DNA of 64,000 nt from an uncultured Planctomycetota bacterium (lineage in GTDB: Bacteria > Planctomycetota > Planctomycetia > Isosphaerales > Isosphaeraceae). The notes under the pieces are model-generated. The model had not been told where the DNA came from. It saw only the letters and a list, made by a program, of their open reading frames with translations, and did no database searches. Where the stretch lies: assembly GCA_963737655.1 (NCBI GenBank), contig CAVTTN010000002.1:5792001-5856000 (forward strand). Direction: 5' to 3'. A program made the translations under genes and the position numbers. This document shows positions 24,278 through 33,140 of the stretch, piece by piece. Numbering within the stretch: position 1 is the first letter of the stretch; each line of letters starts with the position of its first letter.

Positions 24278-25606
24278 ATGCGGGACCATTCTCACGCTGA
24301 GGAGCGGACCCGGGAAGATCCCACGACCCTCGCGGTCCCCAGCGGTTATCACGGGTCGGCGGCCGTCCCCTCGGGCTATCACGCCTCGGGGAGCGCCGGC
24401 CACTCGTGCGGGTCGCCCGAGACCCTCTACGCCTGGGGGCCCGAGCAATCGAGGATCGCCGGGGCCGGCTGGGGGCCGGGCCCTCACCTGAAGCCCGGGC
24501 CGATCGGCGACCGCCCGGCCGAGCCGTTGAAGGTCGTCCACGTCGGCCCCTGTTTGATGAGAGGGGGCGCCGAGCAGTGGCTCGTGGAGCTCACCCGGTT
24601 CCTCGACCCCTCCCGGGTCCGGGTCCTCCGCACCATCGCCACCCAGCCCGGGGCGATCGACCCGACGTTCGCCGCCGGCCTCTCGATCCCGATCGAAAAC
24701 GGCGGCCCCGACGACGTGACCCGGGCCGTCGAGGAGGCCGACGTCCTCCTGTGCTGGGGAGTCCCTCTCGACGACGTCCTGAACGGCCACAAGCCGGGCC
24801 TCTGCGTCTTCGTGGCCCACGGCGACGGCCCGTACACCCAGGAGCTCGTCCGGCACAGCGGGGGGAGGGCCGACCACTACGTCGCCGTGAGCCATCGGGT
24901 CCGCGACACCACGTTGTTCGGCCTCCCCTCGACCGTGATTTACAACGGGGTGGACAGCGCCCGGCTGGCCCGGACCCGCCCTCGCGAGGAGGTCCGCGCC
25001 GGGTTCGGCTTCGGGCCCGAGGATTTCGTCGTCGGCTACCTCGGGCGGTTCTCGGCCGAGAAGCGCGTCCCCTTGCTGATCGAGGCCGCCTCGGGCCTGC
25101 CCCCCGAGGTCAAGGTATTGCTCGTGGGCTGGGGGGCGCAGCTCCCGGAGCTCATGGCGATGGCCAACCGCCGGATGCCGGGCCGGTTCGCGGTCGTCAC
25201 GGCCGGGGGCTACCTGGGCGATTACTACTCGGCGATGGACGCCTTCTGCCTCCTCGGCACCGAGGAAGGCTTCTCGCTGGCCATGCTCGAAGCGATGATG
25301 TGCGGAATCCCCCTGATCGCCACGCCGGTCGGGGCGGTCCCCGAGCTGATCGTCGATCGGATCAACGGCCAGATCGTCTCGCCCAAGGCCGACGCGGTGA
25401 AGGAGGCCATCGACCGCCTCCGCAAGTACCCAAGATGGGCCGCCGGCCTCGCCGCCGAGGCCAGGACCCTGGCCGACCGCCAGGGCCACGCCGTCCGGAT
25501 GGCCCGGGATTATGAAGACCTGCTAGAACGCCTGTGGATGGAGAAGAACGGGGCCAGGACACTTCAAGGCGGATCACGGCCGGGTTCCGCACAACGAATC
25601 TTGTAG
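24278..25606 (+). CDS. GT4-family glycosyltransferase
   Basis: GGAEQW, IYNGVD, GRFSAEK, EGFSLAMLEAM, GAVPELI. Confidence 0.9.
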   Translation: MRDHSHAEERTREDPTTLAVPSGYHGSAAVPSGYHASGSAGHSCGSPETLYAWGPEQSRIAGAGWGPGPHLKPGPIGDRPAEPLKVVHVGPCLMRGGAEQWLVELTRFLDPSRVRVLRTIATQPGAIDPTFAAGLSIPIENGGPDDVTRAVEEADVLLCWGVPLDDVLNGHKPGLCVFVAHGDGPYTQELVRHSGGRADHYVAVSHRVRDTTLFGLPSTVIYNGVDSARLARTRPREEVRAGFGFGPEDFVVGYLGRFSAEKRVPLLIEAASGLPPEVKVLLVGWGAQLPELMAMANRRMPGRFAVVTAGGYLGDYYSAMDAFCLLGTEEGFSLAMLEAMMCGIPLIATPVGAVPELIVDRINGQIVSPKADAVKEAIDRLRKYPRWAAGLAAEARTLADRQGHAVRMARDYEDLLERLWMEKNGARTLQGGSRPGSAQRIL

Positions 25607-25692
25607 GGCAGGCCTTGGCCTGCCGTCTCCGCGAATCTCGGCAGGCCAAGGCCTGCCCTACGTGTGCTCAATCCGTTCGTGGACCGCTCTAG
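25565..25692. repeat. REP doublet family B inside a MITE-like element
   Basis: GTAGGGCAGGCCTTGGCCTGCC..GGCAGGCCAAGGCCTGCCCTAC plus tail ending GGACCGCTCTAG. Confidence 0.8.
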
Positions 25693-25723
25693 CCCCGCCG
25701 ATCGGACCGAGGAGGCCGTCCCG

Positions 25724-28700
25724 ATGAGCGAGCCGACCCCCACCGATTCCGCCCTCACGCCGGGGTCGGACGAAATGGCCGGGCCTTCGGCCGAGACGGC
25801 CCCCCATGCCGAGGCGATCCGCCGATCCGGCGGGGCCACGACCCCCGGCAGGCCTCCGGCCGACGAGGATCCCGCGGCCCGGTTCGGGCGGTATCAGGTC
25901 CTCGAAAGAATCGCCTCGGGCGGCATGGGGGCCGTCTACCGCTGCCGGGACGACGACCTCAACCGCGATCTGGCGCTAAAAATCCTGCTCGCCGGGCATC
26001 GCGACCGACCCGAGCTCGACCGCCGGTTCCTCGAAGAGGCCCAAATTTGCGGCCAGTTGCAGCACCCGGGGATCGTCCCGATCCACGAGATGGGCCGATC
26101 CGACGACGGCCGCCCGTTCTTCGTGATGAAGCTCGTCAAGGGCCGAACGCTCTCGAAATTGCTGCAAGAACGATCCGACCCGACCGACGGCTTACCCCAA
26201 TTCCTGAAGATTTATGAACAAATCTGCCAGGCCGTGGCCTACGCCCATTCCAAGGGCGTGATCCACCGCGATTTGAAGCCCCTGAACGTGATGGTCGGCG
26301 CGTTCGGCGAGGTCCAGGTGATGGATTGGGGCCTCGCCAAGGTCCTCGGCCGCCGCGACGAAGGGCCGACCGACGCCGGGCTCCAGGCCAGCACGGTCCG
26401 AACGGTCCGCACCGAGGACGGCGGCGACGCCACGGGCCACGGCTCGTTCCTCGGCTCGCCCCCCTACTGCCCGCCGGAGCAGGCCCGGGGGGACGTCGCC
26501 AGCCTGGACGAAAGGGCCGACGTCTTCGCCCTCGGCTCGATCCTCGCCGCGATCCTGACCGGGGAGCCGGCCTACACCGGCCGATCGTCGCAGGAGTTGC
26601 TCACGAAGGCCATCACCGCCGACCTCGCCGACGTCCGCCTCCGCCTGGATCGATCCGGCGCCGAGCCGGAGCTGATCGCGATCGCGACCCGCTGCCTCGC
26701 CCCGATCGCCGCCGACCGCCCCCGGGACGCCGGCGCCGTGGCGTCGCTGGTCTCGGCCCACCTGGCGGGTGTCCAGGAGCGGTTGCGGCTCGCCGAGATC
26801 GCCCGGGTCGAGGCCACCGCCCGGGCGGAGCACGAGCAAAAGGCCCGCATCCTCCACGAAGCCATCGCCCACGAGGCCCAGGCCCGGGCCGTCCAGGAGA
26901 GGAGGGCCCGGAGGCTCACGGCGGCCCTGGCGGCCTCGATCCTCCTGGCCGGAGCGATCGGCGGAGGCTCCTTCCTCGCCTTCCGGCTCGACCGCCAGGC
27001 CAAGCTCGCCGAGTCCGACCGAATCCTCGGAGAAGCCCTGACCCGGGCCGAATCCGCCCGAGACGAGGCCCGCCGCGCCCCCCCGGGAGACGCGAACGCC
27101 TGGCCCCGGGCCATCCGAGCGGCCGAAAGTGCCCGCGACGCCCTCGCCGGCCGCCCGGCGAGGCCCGAGCTCGCCTCCCGGATCGCCCAGGTCGTCGCCG
27201 ACGCCCAGAGGGCCGAGGCCGATCGCCGCTTGGCCGACCGCCTGGACGAGGCCCGCCTCCGGGGTGCCGCCCTCAAGGACAATCACTTCGACACCGAAGC
27301 GATGCTCAGGGACTACGCCGCCGCGTTTCGCGAGGCCAGCCTGTCGCCCGGCGAGCGCCCGGCGTCGGAGATCATCGCCCGGCTGGCCGGCTCGGCCGAG
27401 GCCGCGAGGATCGCCGGGGCCCTGGATGACTGGATCAAATACCCCGCGGCCGAGCCGATTCGTGACGACCTCGTGGCGGTGGCCGAGGGGATCGACCCGG
27501 CCAGCAACGCCCTGCGCCGCGCGATCCGCTCGGCGGATCGGGCCACGCTCGTGGGGTTGACGACCGGCAACGCGGCCCTTCGCCTGTCGCCGGCCGGCGC
27601 GGAGTCGGCCGCCTGGGCCCTGATGCAGATGGGGCTTGCCGAGGAGGCCATCGGCGTGCTGTCCAGGGCCCGCTCGCGCCAACCGGGCGACTTCTGGCTG
27701 AACCAAGACCTCGGGATGGCGCTCGCCGAGGCGTCACCGCCCCGGCTGGAGGAGGCCGCCCGCTACCTGACGGCCGCCGCGGCGCTGCGGCCGGAAAGTC
27801 CCGGCGTCCACCTCAACCTCGGAATCCTGCTGTCGGACACGGGTCATGAGGCGGAGGCAGAAGGACCGTTCCGCGAGGCGATCCGCCTCGAACCGAAGTA
27901 CGCCGAGCCGCACTTCAACCTCGGCTACGTGCTGTTGAAGACGGGCCGGGTGTCGGATGCCGAGGCGGAGTTCCGCGAGGCGATCCGCCTCGAACCGAAG
28001 CTGGCCAGGGCGCACTGCAACCTCGGCAACCTGCTGTCGGAGACGGGCCGGGTGTCGGATGCCGAGGCGGAGTTCCGCGAGGCGATCCGCCTCGAACCGA
28101 AGCTGGCCAGGGCGCACTGGAACCTCGGCGTCCTGCTGTCGGAGACGGGCCGGGTGTCGGATGCGGAGGCGTCGTACCGCGAGACGATCCGCGTCGACCC
28201 AAGGCTCGCGAATGCACATTACAACCTCGGCGTCCTGCTGTCGAGGTCGGGCCGGGTGTCGGACGCGGAGGCGGAGTTCCGCGAGGCGATCCGCCTCGAA
28301 CCGAAGCTGGCCAGGGCGCACTCCAACCTCGGCGCCCTGCTGTCGGAGACGGGCCGGTTGTCGGATGCGGAGGCGTCGTACCGCGAGACGATCCGCCTCG
28401 ACCCAAAGGACGCCACGGCGCACTCCAGCCTCGGCGTCCTGCTGATGAGGTCGGGCCGGTTGTCGGATGCGGAGGCGTCGTACCGCGAGGCGATCCGCGT
28501 CGACCCAAGGCTCGCGAATGCACATTACAACCTCGGCGTCCTGCTGTCGAGGTCGGGCCGGGTGTCGGATGCCGAGGCGGAGTACCGGGAGGTGATCCGC
28601 CTCGACCCGGAATACGCCGAGGCGCACTGCAACCTCGGGCGTCTCCTGCGCCGACAAGGTCGCTTCCGCCAAGCCCTGGAGGAGTTGAGAACGGGCCACG

Positions 28701-29284
28701 AGCTGGGCTCGGCTCGCCCGGGATGGACCTATCCTTCGGGGGAGTGGGTCCAGGAATGCGCCTCGCTGATGGCGCTGGAGGAGCGGCTCCCGGCCCTGCT
28801 CCGGGGCGAGGATTCCCCGAAAGACAATGCCGAGCGGTTGACTCTCGGGCAGGTTTGCTACAGCACCAAGAGGTACGCCGCCTCGGCGCGGTTGCGGGGC
28901 GAGGCGATGGAGCGTGATCCCAGGCTCGGCGAGGATCGCAAGGCCGGGCATCGTTACGACGCGGCGTGCTCGGCGGCTTTGGCCGGGTCGGGCCAGGGGA
29001 TTGATGAGCCGAAGCCCGATGAGGCCGCCCGCGCCGGGTTGCGGGCGAAGGCTTTGGGATGGCTTCGCGAGGAACTGGCCGCGTGGGCGAAGGTCGTCGA
29101 GGGGGGCAAGGCCGAGGATCGGGCCGTCGTGGCGAAGACCCTGGACCACTGGAAGGCGGACGCCGACCTCGCCGGGATTCGCGACCCCGAGGCCCTGGCG
29201 AAGCTCCCGGAGGCGGAGCGGGAGGCGTTCCGCAAGCTCTGGGCGAACGTTGAGGTGCTCTTGATGGGAGTAGCGGGGCGGTGA
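25724..29284 (+). CDS. Ser/Thr protein kinase with TM and TPR array
   Basis: GGMG, HRDLKPLN, DWGLAK; nine 34-aa TPRs; C-terminal RYDAACSAALAG..W..DADLAGIRD; GGAGG upstream. Confidence 0.93.
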   Translation: MSEPTPTDSALTPGSDEMAGPSAETAPHAEAIRRSGGATTPGRPPADEDPAARFGRYQVLERIASGGMGAVYRCRDDDLNRDLALKILLAGHRDRPELDRRFLEEAQICGQLQHPGIVPIHEMGRSDDGRPFFVMKLVKGRTLSKLLQERSDPTDGLPQFLKIYEQICQAVAYAHSKGVIHRDLKPLNVMVGAFGEVQVMDWGLAKVLGRRDEGPTDAGLQASTVRTVRTEDGGDATGHGSFLGSPPYCPPEQARGDVASLDERADVFALGSILAAILTGEPAYTGRSSQELLTKAITADLADVRLRLDRSGAEPELIAIATRCLAPIAADRPRDAGAVASLVSAHLAGVQERLRLAEIARVEATARAEHEQKARILHEAIAHEAQARAVQERRARRLTAALAASILLAGAIGGGSFLAFRLDRQAKLAESDRILGEALTRAESARDEARRAPPGDANAWPRAIRAAESARDALAGRPARPELASRIAQVVADAQRAEADRRLADRLDEARLRGAALKDNHFDTEAMLRDYAAAFREASLSPGERPASEIIARLAGSAEAARIAGALDDWIKYPAAEPIRDDLVAVAEGIDPASNALRRAIRSADRATLVGLTTGNAALRLSPAGAESAAWALMQMGLAEEAIGVLSRARSRQPGDFWLNQDLGMALAEASPPRLEEAARYLTAAAALRPESPGVHLNLGILLSDTGHEAEAEGPFREAIRLEPKYAEPHFNLGYVLLKTGRVSDAEAEFREAIRLEPKLARAHCNLGNLLSETGRVSDAEAEFREAIRLEPKLARAHWNLGVLLSETGRVSDAEASYRETIRVDPRLANAHYNLGVLLSRSGRVSDAEAEFREAIRLEPKLARAHSNLGALLSETGRLSDAEASYRETIRLDPKDATAHSSLGVLLMRSGRLSDAEASYREAIRVDPRLANAHYNLGVLLSRSGRVSDAEAEYREVIRLDPEYAEAHCNLGRLLRRQGRFRQALEELRTGHELGSARPGWTYPSGEWVQECASLMALEERLPALLRGEDSPKDNAERLTLGQVCYSTKRYAASARLRGEAMERDPRLGEDRKAGHRYDAACSAALAGSGQGIDEPKPDEAARAGLRAKALGWLREELAAWAKVVEGGKAEDRAVVAKTLDHWKADADLAGIRDPEALAKLPEAEREAFRKLWANVEVLLMGVAGR
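27809..28660 (+). repeat. 102-bp tandem TPR-coding repeats (8 full + 1 diverged)
   Basis: units start at 27809, 27911, 28013, 28115, 28217, 28319, 28421, 28523, 28625. Confidence 0.95.
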
Positions 29285-29289
29285 GGGGG

Positions 29290-29650
29290 AATCTTGCGGG
29301 GTCCAGCTCTCGAACCTGGAATGTCTCGGGTGCCCCCGGTTCTCGAACCGGGACGGCGCAGCCGCAAGAGGCCAATCCGAAGCCGCTCACCATGCCTCTT
29401 GCGGCTGCGCCGCCCCGGTTCAAGAACCGGGGGCACCCCGATAACTCCACGGAGGAGCCATGGTCTCGCTCCGGAATCTGGACCTTCCCGGGTGCCTCCG
29501 TTTTTGAACCGGGGCGGCGCAGCCGCAAGAGGCCATTCCAAAGCCGCTCACCCTGCCTCTTGCGGCTGCGCCGCCCCGGTTCAAGAACCGGAGGCACCCT
29601 TGGGAAGATCCAGGTTCGAGAGCGACACCCGCTGGACCCAATCTTGCGGC
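29290..29650. repeat. composite palindromic repeat: two ~110-bp hairpin units (29328-29438, 29490-29599) with inverted flanks
   Basis: GGGTGCC(C/T)CCG..GAACCGGG.CGGCGCAGCCGCAAGAGGC..GCCTCTTGCGGCTGCGCCGCCCCGGTTCAAGAACCGG.GGCACCC twice; flanks CTCTCGAACCTGGA / TCCAGGTTCGAGAG. Confidence 0.9.
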
Positions 29651-29736
29651 TTGAGGGGTTTCGCGGTGGCCTGGCGGTGGCTTGCCGGGGATAATGGTCG
29701 GCGCGCCGATGCCCTTCCTCTGGAGGATCTCCGACG

Positions 29737-30240
29737 ATGACCGCTCGCCTGATGCCCGTGATGGGCCTTGCCCTGATGGTCCTCGTCGCCGGCTGCGACG
29801 AGCCCAAGAAGAAGTCCGCCAAGGCCCCGGTCAAGTCTCGAGAGACCATCGGCAAGACCACTCAGAATGTCCTGAAGCTCGACGACGAGCTCAAGAACGG
29901 CGCCGTCCTGGCCTCCACCACCATCGCGGCGACCGACCCCCTCACGCAGTCGGCCGACGCCTACAAGACCACCGTCGGCAAGATCGGCGCGATGGCCGTC
30001 GAGCAGGCGATCCAGATCCGCAACGCCCAGTCGATCCAGGACCCCAAGCCGCTGTCCTATGACGAGTTCATGGCCGAGATCATCAAGAAGGGCCAGAACG
30101 ACGGGATCAACCTCGCCATGCTGCCCTACTACCAGGAATACGCCTGGGACGAGGCCACGCAGAAGCTCGTGGTGATCGAATATCCCAAGAAGAAGAAGGA
30201 CTTCCAGGACCAGCAGGACGAGAAGCTCGGCCGGAAGTGA
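29737..30240 (+). CDS. putative lipoprotein
   Basis: lipobox LVAGC; GGAGG upstream; strong codon bias. Confidence 0.85.
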   Translation: MTARLMPVMGLALMVLVAGCDEPKKKSAKAPVKSRETIGKTTQNVLKLDDELKNGAVLASTTIAATDPLTQSADAYKTTVGKIGAMAVEQAIQIRNAQSIQDPKPLSYDEFMAEIIKKGQNDGINLAMLPYYQEYAWDEATQKLVVIEYPKKKKDFQDQQDEKLGRK

Positions 30241-30260
30241 CCGCCTCGTCGCTCGGGCCG

Positions 30261-30392
30261 GAGATGGAACCGCCAAGCCGCCAGGAGCGCCAAGGGGGGA
30301 AGAGGAGAGGGGACGAGAGGAGGATCTCCAGAACTCTCTTCCTTTCCCCTCCTCCCCCCCTGGCGCTCCTGGCGGCTTGGCGGTTCCATCTC
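30261..30392. repeat. inverted repeat family D with purine/pyrimidine spacer
   Basis: GAGATGGAACCGCCAAGCCGCCAGGAGCGCCA..TGGCGCTCCTGGCGGCTTGGCGGTTCCATCTC. Confidence 0.9.
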
Positions 30393-31015
30393 ACCGCATC
30401 CGATTGTTCGCGCATCCCCCCGAGGTCGATCTGCCCCGGGCTGATCCTGGTGATCTTCCAGACTTTCGGCTCGACCTCCTTCAGCCCGAACGACCAGCCC
30501 ATCCCGCTCGGCGGGGTGGCGAAGGGCTGGAACGGCTGGAGCTTCTGGCCCATCGTGTGAGCCAGGAATTCGGCCGTGGCGACCCGGGAGATCGGCCGGA
30601 CCTCGGCCTTCAGCCGGGTGATCCTCAGGTAGTCGAACTTGAAGTCGCGGAGGTTCTCCTTCAGCCACTCGGCCATCCTGTCGCCGCGAAGCTGCCCGGT
30701 CACGATCGAGATCATCCGGTTGGTGGACTCGCTGCCGACTTCCAGGGTGCAGCTCGGGTCGAGATAGGCCGCCGCCGCGTCGCCGTCGGACTCCGCCACG
30801 GCCTTGGCCAGCCCGTACACCACGTCCTCGACCCGCTCGTTGTCCGTGACCCAGACGTATTCGATCCCCACCACCAGCAACGCCAGGCCCAGGGCGATCC
30901 CGGCGCGGATCAGGTACTTCCCCTGCTGGGTGATCTTCAAGGCCACGAGGAACACCAGCCCCAGCGCCGCCAGGCCGCCGGCCAGGTACGTGGGATCTTC
31001 CGAGAGGTACTCCAT
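30391..31015 (-). CDS. membrane protein, two N-terminal TMs plus NTF2-like domain (true stop probably near 30391; ORF as written runs to 30107)
   Basis: MEYLSEDP.., two TMs, VWVTDNERVE, WKITRI; GAGGAG upstream. Confidence 0.7.
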
Positions 31016-31245
31016 GACGGACGGCTCCTCGGGGCGAGAGGTGGGATGGGCGACGGCCTCGGACAGATGTGATACACCCATTCTAGGGCCGCCCCGGGCG
31101 TCGGCAAGGGGCCCGATCTCCCTCGATCGGTCGGTCGGGCGTGGCTAGGATGGAGGCCGGGCCCGATCCTCGACCCTTGCCCATTGGAATTCCGGCTCCC
31201 GCCCGGTAATCCTCTCACGACGCGGCCGAATCCGGAGCGCGAATC

Positions 31246-31527
31246 ATGGCCACGACGACCGAAATCCCCGCCAACCCGGTCTCGATCCTCGGCCGGGTGA
31301 TCTCTCCCGAAGGGGAGCCCCTGCCCCGGGCCGCCGCCGAGGCGATCCTGACCTGGACCTTCGGCGAAAACGACCGCAAGAGGATGAACGAGCTGGGGGC
31401 GAAGGCCCGGGAGGGGACGCTGTCCCCGGCCGAGGAGGCGGAGCTGGACGGCTACCTGACCGTCGGCCACCTCCTCACCATGCTCCACTCCCGGGCCCGT
31501 CGAGCCTTGAATGCCGCCCATGACTGA
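31246..31527 (+). CDS. small putative antitoxin partner of HNH protein
   Basis: RMNELGAKAREGTLSPAEEAELDGY..LHSRARRAL. Confidence 0.75.
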   Translation: MATTTEIPANPVSILGRVISPEGEPLPRAAAEAILTWTFGENDRKRMNELGAKAREGTLSPAEEAELDGYLTVGHLLTMLHSRARRALNAAHD

Positions 31528-31935
31528 ACGGGGCCGAGGATCAGCGATCGCAACGACGCGGTCCGACGGCGGGCCCGGGGCCGATGCGAATACTGCCGGA
31601 TGCCCGAGGCGCTGGTCCCGTTCGGTTTCGAGATCGACCACGTCATCGCGAGCAAGCATGGCGGCGAGACGGCCCTGAAGAACCTCGCGCTCGCCTGCCC
31701 GTCCTGCAATCGTTACAAGGGCCCGAACATCGCGGGGATCGACCCCGTCTCGGGCCGGACGGTCCGGCTCTTCCACCCCCGCCGCGATCGCTGGACGAAG
31801 CACTTCGAATGGGACGGGCCAAGGCTGATGAGCCTCACCCGGATCGGGAGGGCGACGGTGGAGACCCTCCGGATCAATCATCCGATCTCCGTCGCCACGA
31901 GAGAGGATCTGCTCGCCGAAGGCGTCTTCCCCTGA
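31520..31935 (+). CDS. HNH endonuclease (start uncertain)
   Basis: VRRRARGRCEYC, EIDHVIASKHGG, NLALACPSCNRYKG, LFHPRRDRW. Confidence 0.88.
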
Positions 31936-33082
31936 CCGGGACGTCCCGCGGTCGCGATCGCCCAGAGGCACCTCAACGCGATCAGCCCGGCCGCGAGGAT
32001 GGCCGCGATCGCCCACCAGGGGCGGCCGTCGGGGGCGAAGATGAAGAGGGTCCGGCCCGTCTTGACGTCCCAGACCCTCGACGTGCCGTCCTGGCTGGCC
32101 GAGGCGACCCTGGAGCCGTCGGGCGAGAACGCCACCGACCAGACCGGGTTCATCACCGGCGGGTCGGTCAAATGGACATAGCTTCCCCAGCTCTGGAGCT
32201 CGGTTTTCACCCGGCTCGTCTCGTGCCCCGAGAGGCTCGCGAGCTTCTGGCCGGTGGTCGCGTCCCAGACCGTCACGGGCACCTCGTCCCCTCCCGCCGC
32301 GACGAGCTTCCCATCTCGGGAGAAGGCCAGGGCCCGGGTGAATTCGGCGTCGAGGATCGGGCCGGGCGAGTCGGTCTCGAGGTCGAAAAGCTGGACGGGG
32401 AACCCCCGAAGCCCCCGGCCGGGCATGGTGACCTTCGCGGCCATCGTGGGGCCCGTGGGCGAGAGCGCCATCGCCTCCCACGACGCCGAAAGGGCCTTCA
32501 AGGGGACGAGGTGGCCGTCGGCCAGGTCCCAGACCTTCATCGGCAGCCCTCCGGCCGCGACGAACCGGCCGTCGGCGGAGATGGCCACGGACGAGAGGCC
32601 GTATTTCTCCCGGGCGATCACCCGGCGGACCCGCGTCGGGACGTCCAAAACGCTGACCTCGCCGTCGCCCCCGGTCGCCGCCAGGCTCCGGCCGTCGGGC
32701 GAGAACGCGAGGCACCAGGCCCAGGCCCCCTGATCGGGGAACGCGGCGACCTCCCGGCCGGTCGCCGAGTCACGGAGCCGGACCACCCCGTCCGAACCCG
32801 AGGTGGCCAGCGACGAGCCATCGGGCCGATACGCCAGCCCGAGGAGCTTCCCGGCGCACCGGACCCGCCACCGGAGCCGCCCGGTCGCCGAGTCGTGGAC
32901 CTCCACGACCCCGGAATTCGTCGGGCCCCGGACCACGCCCGCCACGGCCACGCTCCGGCCGTCGGGAGAGAACCTCACCGTGACGAGCGACCGGACCTCG
33001 GCCCGGTCAAGCCCCAGGCCGCCACCATCGCCGAGGCGCAGGCGATCGTTCCGACGAGGGGGAGTCGACGGGATTGGGACAT
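31878..33082 (-). CDS. WD40-repeat protein with C-terminal TM (frameshift near 33000)
   Basis: repeated AFSPDG..S..DG..VWD units; signal-like N-terminus MSQSRRLPLVGTIAC in another frame. Confidence 0.82.
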
Positions 33083-33140
33083 CTGTCCGAGGATAGCCCG
33101 GGAGGCGATGGAGGGCAAGACGGGTGCGAGAGCGGCGCCT

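Noticed and set aside
18881..25489. Very long antisense ORFs (2202 aa here; also 724-2760, 6093-9572, 9841-12702, 31584-34550, 38148-41351)
   Set aside because: Shadow frames of high-GC genes, with no motifs and R/G/P-rich translations
27809..29650. CRISPR array
   Set aside because: The repeats are in-frame TPR units or long palindromes, without unique spacers or cas genes
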